Source: Rhizaria sp. SCN 62-66
Taxonomy: Eukaryota
DNA: 64,000 nucleotides
Assembly: GCA_001724265.1 (NCBI GenBank)
Contig: MEDY01000129.1
Location: 1 to 64,000 of the forward strand
Direction: 5' to 3'
This document shows positions 1 through 12,000 of the stretch, piece after piece. The translations under genes and the position numbers were made by a program. The notes under the pieces were generated by a model. That model was not told the DNA's origin. It saw only the letters and a program-made list of their open reading frames with translations, and searched no databases. Each line of letters starts with the position of its first letter. The stretch's first letter is position 1.

Positions 1-2
1 AT

Positions 3-953
3 AAGGAGGCTCTGGAGACTGAACTAGCGAAGATTAAAGCAGATGAATAGGCTAAGGCAAAGGCAGTGGAGGAGGAGGAGGCTCGACGTCGAGATGCGCC
101 GTGGGTTACTTTATTGAAGTCTTCTGCGTGGGAGGCCGAGTTCGACACGCACATTGCGTGTGCTCTCGAGGAAAGCGGTTACCCGCGACGGATCGATAGT
201 TTGTGGGAAGCGCTTCCAGCCCCTGTGCGCAAACTTGGCGCGCCATCGTTAGTGGTACTTAGTGCGCTGCAAGAAAAGGCGCGTGATCGCATCTTGTCTC
301 ACCAAGCATCAACTCCACAGATAAAATCTCATCCGGATTTAGTAATGCAGGCACGCTTTCGTGACCCTTACAGGCAAAAGAGTGTGGAATACCGCATGGT
401 AGTTCGGCTTGATGATGCAAAGTTTCCCGCGAACGCCGCCCATTTTCGCGTCGCTGCGAGTCCCTACAACTTGGGTAAATTAGTGCACCAATGTTTTGTA
501 CCACCTGGTCAGACTGCAGCAACAATGCCTTTTGTCACGCTCTACCACCATGGTTCTAAAGTGTTATGCAACAAAATGCCTGTAATGCTGCCTGACGCGG
601 ACATTGTATATGGAGAATATACAGCACCTGGTGATGAAGCGGGCCTGATCTATCCAGTCGGCTCAGTGCTCGTTTATCCGCGCTGTGTAGTACCTTCTCA
701 AAGCTCGCGTTCCCGTGACACACCTGTATTCATCGTCTTTGAGCCCTGCGTAGCGAGTCTCCTGCGCGGTGCAGTGCCTGTCGGTCGCGTGATGTCGTGC
801 GTGAAGGGGACATCAGCGGCGAAAGCTGACAACAGTAGCATGCCATTCGATGATGCTGTGTTGCGCTGTTTTGAGCATCACTGCAGGAGTGGGAAGTGTG
901 ATAGGGATTATTTAACGTCCTCCTATTGCGTCTTCGAGAAATTTATGGAATGA
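3..953 (+). CDS. 5'-partial gene: coiled-coil followed by a degenerate cyclophilin-like C-terminal domain; in-frame TAG at 48-50
   Basis: Frame from nt 3 reads KEALETELAKIKADE*AKAKAVEEEEARRR into the 66..953 ORF; ends TGA. C-terminal region is clearly paralogous to that of 19421..21985 (FDTHIAC..ESGY, MVVRLDDAKFPANAAHFR, PDADIVYGEY, RGAVPVGRVMSCV). Confidence 0.7.
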
Positions 954-1637
954 GTCGAATGATCTATTGTGAAGCGTTTCGACGTCAATTGGTCAATAAA
1001 GTGTTGGATAAGCATTTGCATAAACATGAAAACCTTGCAACAATCACGAGCTCACTCGTTTATTCATGGTAGATGGAGGTCGCTTTCTCTCACTGCGTCA
1101 TACGCAGCGCCGAGCTCGACGTCACATTCGCCGGTGGTCTTCTTCCCACCGTCGTCAACTTTAACGCTACTATCGGAAGCAGTACCAATGTTGTTGCAAT
1201 CGTTGTCGTTGGCGTAATTGTCATCATGAGTCATCGTAGGATCAATGATAGCCGGCGCGATGTCCGATACGACGGGTGCAGTTAATGAAGGCTGCGGACT
1301 GCGAAGCGCGTGTTGTCGCACTGGTTGCGAGTCTTGTGGGGGATATTGCTGCTGAATTTGTGGCTGTGGCGCGGCACGTAACAACGGGAGCTGACGCAGG
1401 TCTCGTCTTCCAAAGGGTTGCGGTTGCAGCACGTTCTCATGTGATATCCGGGGCGTTGCCCGTCACAAACGTGGGAGCTGCGCTCTGCATAATAGCCGAG
1501 ATTGACACATTCATGCATGGCTGAAGTGGCATTTGTGATTGCCGACCGCTGTGAGCGTCTCGACCTGTATGAGTTGAGACTCGGTGAGACGAGACTGGAT
1601 GAGATGAGAGCAGAGACAGCGTGTCATTGACACCGGT

Positions 1638-2945
1638 ATGGAGGGCGTGAACGCGCACTGCGCATGTGGGCTTGAGTGCAAGGTGACGGCAGAGCCAATG
1701 TGGAAAGCCCTGGCCGCGCTCTACGAGGCATGTGGCGCGCGCGCGCGTGATGTTGATAAGCTTATCTCTACCAACGACGATGATAGCAACGACGATGAAG
1801 ACTGCCACATCAACGGTGATGGCCTTTACAACAACGATGCGATTAAATCAAACATCAGTGTTGAATTGAATAATGCATCGAAGAAGTTAAGCCCTTTTCA
1901 AACTCGAGCAATCCTAAGACTGCGTTAGGTGATAGGAGTGGCAAGAGCAATTGTAACAAGCAGAAGAACAAGAATGAACATATCGAGCCCGGCACTGTAA
2001 GCACTCCATCTATTGTTAAAACGCCAATTGAACATGTGGATCCAGCTGTTGTTGCCGTCTCGTCTTCTCCTTTCACAACAGTTGCAAGTACATTTGACTG
2101 CGGAAACTTAACCGTCACTGTTGGCGTGAAGTCGGAAAGTAGCAACCAAGGCCAGACTCGCGGATCCGGTTAGGTGTGGTTGACAGGAGGCAATCATGGT
2201 GTGGGCGAGGATGTAAACGAAAGCAAGACTCATGTGGAGTCCGACATCAACGCTAAGAACGCAGCGTCTGCTGTTGAATCAGGAAGCGGACACACAGCCG
2301 TCATCACGGTAGGCCTTCCGTCAGCACTAAACGTTGCGCCGTCTCAACACAATGCAAGTAACACCCAAACAAACAAGGACACCGCTGTGTTGCGTGTGCG
2401 TTGCAGTGTGTCGTTTCCTGACGTTGTGCAGCAGGCGCGCGCATTGCAGCTGTGCGTGGACGCTGTGGCAATCGATGTCGCTGCACAAGCCGATGCCAAC
2501 CAGCAACGTGTGCTTGCGCTGGAGGCAGAGAACAAGGTTTGGCAGAAGTGCAAGGTCGACTACGATAAGAGAATGTGTTTGCGAGAATCTGACAAAGAGT
2601 CGTTACAGAACATGCAACGCGCGTGGGAGGCTGAGAACCTGAGTTGGCAGAAGTGCAAGGTCGACTATGATAAGAAGATTAGTCTGACAAGGAGGCTTTG
2701 GAGACTGAACTAGCGCCGCACCGCCAGCAGCGAATCGCTGATGAAACATATGAAAAGGCTAAGGCTGGAGAGGAAGCGAAGGCAAAGGCAGAGAAAGAGG
2801 AGCCTCGACGTCGACACTCGCTGCCTGGGTGGGAGATATACCTACCAATGTAAGCGCAGCACGCGTAAGGCTACATTTTTCTCACAGCAAGTACAAGAAG
2901 AATAACATGCTTCGTCAGTGCGCACTTCGACACACATTTGTGCGT
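1638..2945 (+). pseudogene. Frameshifted, truncated paralog of the gene at 3..953
   Basis: 2687-2815 closely resembles nt 1-92 (aaggaggctYtggagactgaactagcg ... aaggcaaaggcag ... ctcgacgtcga); ttcgacacacatt at ~2926 matches the FDTH motif at ~141. Frame shifts near 1874-1928 and ~2680; in-frame TAG at 2171-2173. Confidence 0.55.
2521..2700 (+). repeat. Two-copy ~105-nt (35-aa) coiled-coil repeat, EAENxxWQKCKVDYDK
   Basis: tggcagaagtgcaaggtcgactaYgataag occurs at ~2540 and ~2645. Confidence 0.85.
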
Positions 2946-3139
2946 CGTAAGTCGTAAGGCTTATGAGCAATTATACTGAAGAGTTACGATATCCAGGAAA
3001 AAATGAGATGAAACAAGTTTGAAAGCTCCAAAAAAGTACACGATGCTCTATAATGTCACAACTGAAAGCTGAAGCTAAATATATAATGAATTCCTGCCAA
3101 CATAAGCGGGTGGACACATAACTTTGGCAATAAGATTGA

Positions 3140-6124
3140 TTATAAGTAAATATTGTACCACTTAATTCCGCCGTGGTAAATAGAGGCAGCTCCGTCAACG
3201 ATAGAATGAACCGCTCCTTGAAACATCTCAGCTATGGTTTGCCGCTGGCGGTTAATGTTCATTGCGGGAACGTAGGCGTAGAAGAAATACAGCTGTGTGC
3301 CCATCAATGCCACAACTGGCGCCGCTTGCAGCACAATTTGTAGCACAGAGAACAAAATGTTACGCCTAGTCACCGGCACAGTCGATATTTGCATTGCGAT
3401 CTTACAGAGAGCGTGCTGAATAGCCTGCTCACGCTCAGCATCTGTGTTATTCGGAGTCGTCTCTTGCTCTGTCTCTATGGAAACCATCTGCTTATGTTGA
3501 GTGTGCTCCGTAACCTGCACGGTTTGCTCCGGCGATAACGGCCCCGCAGTGTCTTGCGCTGTCACATTACGCACCGGAGTTCCAAGTTGAACGAGCTCGA
3601 TCTCAGCACTCGCAACACCAGCCCTGTTTTGAGAGGTTCTTCCGCCATTGACTGTCGTGCAACGCGGCTTTGCAACAGCTGATGTGGACCCAATAACAAA
3701 GTTTGCCAGCCTAAAAATACGTGGATTTGGCGTTGCAGTTGGTCCAGTAAGAAGCGCATTTAAGACATTCTCCTTCATGACAGTGTCGCCGAGTAAAAGA
3801 ATCGCTTTTTTGTTGCTTCGGTACTTTTGTTTACTGCGTATCTCTGTGTACCTAACCATCACGGCCTCACTTGCGTTGATCATGTACTCCACAAGACCCG
3901 GGTTGAAGGAGCTCACTCGCAGCATGTCGTTACTGTTATAGACAATCTCTTGCCTGATCGACTGAAGAACAACTTGTGTACACCAAATTAAACGTAAAAT
4001 GGCGTCACGTTCTTCACGGCTGCGTTTCTCGAGTTTGTAAAAAACATTAGTTTTTGTTTCATTCGGGTTGTCATTAGCTTTCTTTTTCTCAACTATCTTT
4101 CGCACTTTCAATGTGAAAAACTCATTTGTTACATTCGGCACACTCATGCGTTCCATTAAATGCGGTGACTCCTGGAGAATACTAAACACAGTCTCCAATT
4201 GAACGGCAACGCGTTCGTAAAGCTTTTGACTGGCTTTCCGCCCCACACTGCGCGCAACAATTACTGCAGCAATAAACACGACAAACAGGAAGTAAAGGTA
4301 GGGCCAGATTGCAATTAAGTACAGAATGAGGATCACGAGGAGATGAACAGCAAGACCCAGCGAGATTATGACAACAAAAAGCTCAAGAATGTACCACTAG
4401 CGTGGCAACCGTGAATGCAGCGGTGCACGCCCAAAGATTGATTTTGTGTAGATTGCCATTAGGGCCGCCGCCGACTGGCGTGTGAGCTCAATCGCCGCAA
4501 ACCCGTACCAGAGAACGACACTGAAGTTATCAACTCCCCAGCACTCATCGGCAATTGCGGCAAAGAACGCCCAAAAAGTGACAACATTGTAACAAATGCG
4601 GACAACCTTAAACACTGCAAGATAGTTTGCAAAAAACTGAAGTTGTGGTGCCAGCTGCTGTGCGTTCTTGTCCAGCTCAGCTTGCGCCGGGGTCGGCTTT
4701 GGTGGGAGCTGCCCATCGGCGGCGGTTGCACGTGATGAACTCACACTACCCTGCTCTTGAGGAACAACAATCTCTTGGTTATTGTTGTTGGCGTCTTCGG
4801 CATTGCCACCAGCATTGATATCACGATCGTCGTCGTAATCCTCAGGTGTCTCTTTACAACAACAGCAACGCAGACAGCCAATTGACTTCAACACCGCAGC
4901 CCTCACTTCAGGAACGGGATACACAAAGATGAAGAATTCAATAACCCAAGAAATGATGAATGATATAAGTGCCATCACAAGTGGTGGAAACTGCGGGTTG
5001 CAAAATGTGACTGTATCCACAAAGGTGCACTCGCCCTGCGGGGATATCAGTGCGTCAGGACGCAGGAAACACTCTTCTTGGTTAATGCTCGCAACTGAAC
5101 TGTTCCATTGCGCGAGGCAACCAGGATCGCTTTCTCCCCAAGGTGTGATATTTTCTTTGCAGACAAACCCGTCTGGACACTCTTCCTGTCCATCATAGCA
5201 CATTGGCACAATCACGGATCCGACTCTTGAGAATCGTCGCACAATGGCGCTGTAAGGCTCGTGAGGAAAGTCAGTATAGAATGGAACTCGGTAGCCCCAA
5301 TCATCACCATAGATGGATCTGGCCTCGTGCACAGGCATTGCGTAACGTGTGTTCCACGGATATGGCTCATTGTAAAAGCAGAAGCGCAACACATCGGTCT
5401 CATTATACTCGCGATAGTAGGTTGCCGCAAACTCTGGACAATCTACAGCAAAGGGTTGCCAAGAGAAGCAGTATGGCACGGACCCGCCAAGGGTTAAGCA
5501 CACCCCAAGTGTGTTGTCGATTGGCATATATCGCGTTTCCTCCGTGTCTCGACACTCGGAGCCAGCGGCGCACACACGAGTGCATATCTTCCCTAAGGTA
5601 CCTGCCACCGACAGTTCGATCAGTCCTGGTTTGCAGGGACCAGAGTATGGATTGCCGTACATGCCTTGCGGCACCGGAATGCGTTGCAGAGGCGGATATA
5701 CAACGCTTGTAGAGTTATCCTTGTCAGTATCGGAGTCGGTGTCGGTGCCGTTGCCAGTATCACTGTCGCTGCTGTTCGTTGTAACGAGGCTTGTGCCAGT
5801 ATAGTAAGCACGACTCTGACGCATTATACGACGGATGTTTTTTATAGCAAGCGTGTTATTGTTGTTTTTTGCTCCCTCAATAAGCGAGGTTATATTGTGT
5901 GTCATGTTCGGACTCGTTGTGCCACCGCTGGTGACAGTGGTGGCAGCTTCTTCTGCATCAGCATGCTCTAACTCCACTGCTAAAGCTTCCGTTGTGCGAT
6001 TGATTGCTCGAGCAGCATCTACGCGGATGTCAGCCAGCACAAGCAGGATAACGCAGAGGAAAGCGATGAATGCTGCGAGGAGCCGCGTTCGCCTTCTGAC
6101 GGCGTCGAGCGCAGCCAAGTACAT
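3140..6124 (-). CDS. ~994-aa multi-pass membrane protein with N-terminal signal/anchor and Cys-rich extracellular region; in-frame TAG at 4397-4399
   Basis: ORFs 4397..6130 and 3140..4336 share a frame and are joined by *WYILELFVVIISLGLAVHLLV, which is part of a hydrophobic helix. Many Cys and N-x-S/T sequons in the N-terminal half. The 3' end (TAA at 3140) is uncertain; a further intron is possible. Confidence 0.65.
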
Positions 6125-7774
6125 GACCAAAGCGAGCTCGTTGTTTCAATGAGACCGCACCTATAAACTGCAAACATGTGACATGATCAAAACTAATGCA
6201 TGAGAACACAACTAATCTTAGCTACGCAGATGTGTCCATTGAACTTAGGTGCTTATTAAGCGCGTAGGAGCGAGTAGGGTACATGTTTGACAGGAGAAAC
6301 AAAGGAGGAGATCGCATTTCATATCGTCCTTCATCACAGCTTTCACAGGCAATGTGACGCAGAGATATCAAAGAATATTTTTCAAAAAATTACGAGAAAC
6401 TGTTAAGTACAGTTTCAGGCTGTTGGCCACCTTTTCTACGCCAGTGTTTTAGTTTGAAGCCATTACGATTGACTTCAACGAGAAACGATATCTTGCTGAC
6501 CCCTCCTTAAGTGCAACTTTCTGAGGAATATAAGGACATATTGTTTCATAGTAAGAGTAATTGAGACGAAAAACAATTCGAAATATTTATTTGTCACTAA
6601 AATGCTGAACTACTCTGTCAAAACGTTGATATTAAGACATCACAGGCGCATTAACTGATTATACGACATTTAGTGTGAGGAAAGTGACTGTGAGCAGTTT
6701 CAGAGTTCTGGAGCTCTACGGAACAAACCGATGGAATTGGTACCACTTTGGTGCAATTCATGATAAAATAATAACTTAATGCAAATCGACATTTTCCACC
6801 TGGATATGGATCCTCTAACTCTAACACACACATCCAAACTATGACAGTGAAAATGCAGACCGGCGACACAAGGGCGCAGTGCGTGAAAGGTAGAAAAATG
6901 TGTTAGTTTGATTTATTATTATATGTATCATCGCAATTCTATTATGCTTGTTGCAAAGGACGGAAGTCAATATATTATATATAAAAACACGCATTCGCAA
7001 ACCCCACGGTATACATACACATCGATCATATGAGTGTGACGGCGTGTCATCATTCAGAGTCCGGATGCATACGAGTAGAGTGAGTTTGCATGAGACGTGG
7101 TGCATCTAAAGTAGGGACAACGCCGCGCTCACGCTCCGCCCACAGCCAGGCTCACAGCCACTATCCATCGCACGTGCATTACGGTTTGTGCTGACAGTGC
7201 AGTGATGCAGTGAGTGAAGTGCAGCGGGGCGGGTGATGCGGTCAGTCGGTCAGAGAGACAAGATAGAGGGCGCAGGAGGGGAAATGCTGCGGGGGCGTGT
7301 CCAAACGGGACTGCCGCCCCCGGCCCGGCCTGGTCCGGCCCTGGACTCATGGGAGAGGACTCGGCCTCGGCCTCAGACTCGAGAGACTCGAGAGGCTCGG
7401 ACTGCAGAGCGCTCGCCGGAGTGACAGACACGCAGGCAGAGCGGAGCAGTGAGTGGAGTCGACAGTAATGACGAGAGAAATGAGGTAACAGAGAACATAC
7501 ACACAAAAAAAACGGAAACCACTTAAGGAGAGGAAAAGAAAGGAAGATTCTGAGTCTTTCCTTCTTTTCAGATCACATTTAAGCACGACAGAGTGCGTCA
7601 CATCGACTGAAGGCTAACTTGATTATATAAACATACTTATATAGAAGGGAGAAAAAAACTAGACAAACAAAAGGCACTCACTCGAGTGCATGGGGAGCAC
7701 GTGTAAGAGAGAGAGAGAGAGCGCAACAGAGTGTATCTTGTTGAGTTGTCGGGTGTAAGAGCTGATTTCGCTGC

Positions 7775-8638
7775 TTACGCCTGAGCCGCCGCCTGCTTGG
7801 CAGCCTGCTTCTTCTTGAAGTCGTTGATAGCGGCCTTGACGGCGTCCTCAGCCAGCATCGAGCAGTGAATCTTGACGGGCGGCAGCGAAAGGTGCGACGC
7901 GATGTCCGTGTTCTATCGAAGCAACAGGCAGCAGTGGAGACGCAGAAGAAAGGGGAACGGAAAGGATGAGGTGAGTTGGGGTTGATCATTGGAGCGCGCG
8001 AGAGAGAGAGCAGTTGGCAGTGTGAGAGTGCGACGAAGGAGAGTGGCAGAGTAGGGGAATGAGAGAGTGTGCGCGCGTACCTTGAGGGCCATGGCCTCGT
8101 CGACCGTCTTGCCCTTGAGCCAGGTGGTGGCGTAAGAGGAGGAAGCGATAGCGCTGCCGCAGCCGAAGGTGCGGAACTTGACGTCCTCGACAACGCCGTC
8201 GTCGCTGATCTTGACCTGCAGCTTCATGACGTCACCGCACGCGGGGGCGCCGACCAGGCCTGCGAGGGGGCGCGGAGGGAGGCGAAGGGGAAGTGGGGAC
8301 GTGAGTGTGCGGGGTTTGGGGAAGCAGAGAGTGAGGCGGGACTGACTAACCTTAACACCAATATTGACGGCGAAAGTAACGATGGCAGAAAGATATATCC
8401 ATTCTGGCAGTTAAAAACAAGTTCGAAAATGACAGATTCACGTACCAGTGCCGACACTAGGGTCGTTCTTGTCGAGGGAGCCGACGTTTTGAGGCTTCTC
8501 GTAATGCTCGATGACATTAGGGTGGTAGCTGCGGCGAGGAGCGGCGACCAGGGGAGCCACAACGCCCGCACGCACGACGCCAGAAATAGTCGTGCGAAGC
8601 ACCGAGGTGCAAAGCTTCTGATGAACCTTAGAAAGCAT
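7775..8638 (-). CDS. ISCU: Mitochondrial Fe-S cluster scaffold IscU/Isu1; exons 8638-8446, 8259-8081, 7912-7775
   Basis: YHPNVIEHYEKPQNVGS, GLVGAPACGDVMKLQ, FRTFGCGSAIASSS, LSLPPVKIHCSMLAEDA; GT-AG introns; total length 510 nt, in frame; TAA stop. Confidence 0.97.
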
Positions 8639-9097
8639 TATAGAAATCGTAGTTAAGAACGGATGAAGCAAATGGAGTTTCTCGTCTTGACCGCTCCTCG
8701 TTCCGCTTCGGCTTCCGACGACTTTTTCGGAACCACCGCAGTCCGAAGCAGGGAGTGGGACTTTGTGATGAAACAAAATAAGAGATTCCAACATAGAACA
8801 GGCGTTGAGTTCTTTATAAAGACATTCATGAAATTAAATGCGTTTTATTAGACATTCTTTCAAGTCGTGCAAAGTTCTCAGAAGATTTTCACTGGGCTGC
8901 CGCTCGTTGAAGAGTGCCAACAAGGCAAGCTCACTTGGATCTTGTCGACTTAAATATTGAGCTGTTCTCTCTTTATATCTTAATTTGAGTCAAGAAAGTA
9001 GTCTTTTAAGTTGGTAAACTAACCAATGTGTCATAAAATATATTTGAATTTTGTATAGACACCAGTTTTTCAAGGTTTCTAGCAACTCGACACCGCG

Positions 9098-12000
9098 ATG
9101 TCGTCCTCGTCTGGAACGCGATTCAGCCCGCGTAGCGAAGACAACTCCGCATCAGACGCAGCAGCCACCGCAACGGCAGCGCTCAAGGCAAGCCTTGCGC
9201 AACGCGTTAACAAGGCCGGCAGCAAGCGGTCCAGCCAGTTGGACGCTCATGCAGCCGGATCCAAGAACCGCGACGATGAGCTTGAGAGCAGCGCCCAGCG
9301 CTTCGTGCGCTCCACCTCCATCGACTCCGCTTCAACCTCTACCTCAACTTCTAAAGCGCTCACAGCCACCCAATCCGCCTCCCGCGCGCTCACGCCGCCG
9401 CACCACACCCTGCGGTCGGACGCGGGCTTAGACGGGGTTGTGGAGACGCTGCTCTCGTTCCGCCGCCACCAGCACACGTACATGGGATACCGCGCGAACC
9501 ACCTCTCGCAGGGCGCGGTCGCACTGCTGGCGCTCGCTGTCCCCTCGCAGCTCGTCACCGCCTGGGCCGCGGGGTACCGCCGCAAGCTGCTCCCGGCCGC
9601 GCCCGAGGCCCCCGTCAGCGTCGGCAGCGGCTCTGGCTCTGGCACTGGCTCTGGCTCTGGCAGTGGCAGCGGTAGCAGTGGCAGTGGCACAGGCAGTGGG
9701 AGCGGCAGTGTTGCTGGAGGAGCGCGCGCTTTAACGCGGGGATCCTGGCGCGGCGCAGCGGGGCGGCGCAACGCATTCCGCCCACTGTTGCGCTTCTTCG
9801 AGGGCGAGATGGGCCGTCGGGAGGCGGCAGCTCGGCTAGCAAGGCTCGAGAACAGTAGCAGTACCAGTAGCGGCACTGCAGCGCACAGTGAGGCTGAGGA
9901 CGATGATGAGGAAGACTTTCGGACCGCCTGGGAAGGACTAGTTGCTGAGGTACGACTTTGAATTTATAAATTCTTTTGATTGATGTAGCATAATTGAAAT
10001 TCAAGTCAAGAGTCTAACGTAGCTCGCTTCTTGTCAATCCTACCCTTCCTTGCGTAGTATCTGCCGTTACTGTCACCGGGCTTTATGGGTGCCGTCACGC
10101 ATCCGCTGATTCAGACTGGACTTGCTGCTGTTGTTTTGCGCCGCGCCGCACTTGCCGCAGCTGCTGCCCGCGCCACTGCTGCCTCCGCAGCTGCCGCTGT
10201 TGCTGCCATATCTACCGACGCTGAAGCAGACGCTCACGCTCCCGCTGCCATCAACGCTAGTGCAGAGTTCAGCGCAGCGGCCAACATAAAGCCCGCCCAA
10301 GAGACTCCTAACAGCGGGCGCAGTCGCTCTGTTGTTAAGAAGAGGCTCACCAGCGGCGACTACCAACACTTGCCGTATCAGAACTCACTCTCGCTCTCAC
10401 AGTCGAACTCACAGTCACACGCTCCCGACCCAGAGCGCGCCGACATCAGCGGTACTAACCGTGAGCAGCGGGCGACGCTGGGTCCGCCGCCGCCGGTGCC
10501 GCCGCGTCCCACCAGCCGGCCTCGTCCGTCCAAGAGCGGCAGCGCGTCTAAGGGATCGGCCGTGGGGTCTAAGGGGGTGACCGTGAGCAAGGGCGGGTAC
10601 AGTCCTCTGTCAGACACGGCGCCCAGCGACAGCGACGATGAAAACCTGTACAGTGATGTCGAAGACCAGAGCAAAAGCAGCAAAGACATTGTTAGGGGTG
10701 GCATGAGTGCAAAGAGCAAGGCCGTGCATGTCGACAGCGTGGACAGCAGTCGTACTCTGTTCAGCCCTGTTGCTGGCGCGACTCAACCATCGACAGCGAA
10801 CAGCGCTGCCATTGCAATTGCGCCAGCTGCTGTGTCTGCCAGCGCCCACGCTGCCGCCGCGGCGGCCGCTGCTGCTGCAGCCGAGGCCGCCGCTGCCGAC
10901 GCCTTTGCACTGCGCGCCGCCGGCCGCGCAATGCTGATCGAAGGGCTGGCGTGGGCTGCGGACGAGTTTATGCCAATTACGGCTGCTAACGGTCACTTTG
11001 CGGCCCACAGTGACTACTCTGCGTTTAACCACGCTGGAGTCGGCAGTGTCGCTCCTGGTTACGAGTCAGCTCTCGGTCAAGATACAGCTGCTCACGGTCA
11101 GTTGTCCGAGCACTGGGACGCGGGGATTGCGCCGTATCCAACCTCGAACACACCACACAGCGCCAACGCTAAGAGTAGCGCAAGTGCTAGCAGTCACAGC
11201 GATGATGATGAGGACGATGACGCACCTTTAGATGCGCCAGAGTCAGTACTCGGCAAATACATGGGTGCACGCAGCGGCGACCTAACGCTTGCAGCAGACG
11301 CTGACGCAAATTTGAGCGCGGCTGCAAGCTGTGCAGAAAAGCCTTCAGTGGCGCGCGCCAGCACTACGAGCAGCAATGCGGTATCTCCTGACGCTGAACT
11401 TGAGATCGCCACCAACGCTGCTCTCTCAAACCACATCAACACTCGCAACAACATTGAAATCGATGCCAAGCAGACTACCGCTGATTCTGCCTCGACTGCG
11501 ATGTCACAGCGGAGTGTCGCCAGTATCTTGCGCTCAAACAGCTTGGCTTGCGCGGCTGGTTTGCCAACTTACACAGGTCCTCTATCGGTGCCTACTGCAT
11601 TGGCGCTGTACGACCGCCTCTCCGCGTTATACGTGGCCACGTTTGCGGAGACAATGCAGTTTTTTACGCAAACTGAGCTCTCACCGGTAATGCCGGCGCC
11701 CACAGTGAGCGCCACAGCTGCTGCAGTGACTGCGCCGACTCCGATTGCGGAGGCGTTGTTCGAGAGGACGCACTTCGACAAGGCCAAACTAAGCAGCTCG
11801 AGTCGCATTTTAAGCGCAAAGGCGAGCAGCGCGGGCGCTGACAGTATTGCGGCCTCAGCAACTGGCCACGCCTCTGTCCCAGTGTCGGGGCTGGCAGCAA
11901 GCGTGAGCGGCGGCGCAGGCGCGCTTGCAATCTCCGCCGACTGTCGCCTTGCGCGGCTGCGGCGGCGCGCGGCGGCCGCGCCGTACAACCAGCACCCGTC

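Noticed and set aside
1064-1520. Short minus-strand ORFs (122 aa, 78 aa)
   Set aside because: No recognisable motifs or clear start; possibly degraded coding DNA, not supportable as a gene.
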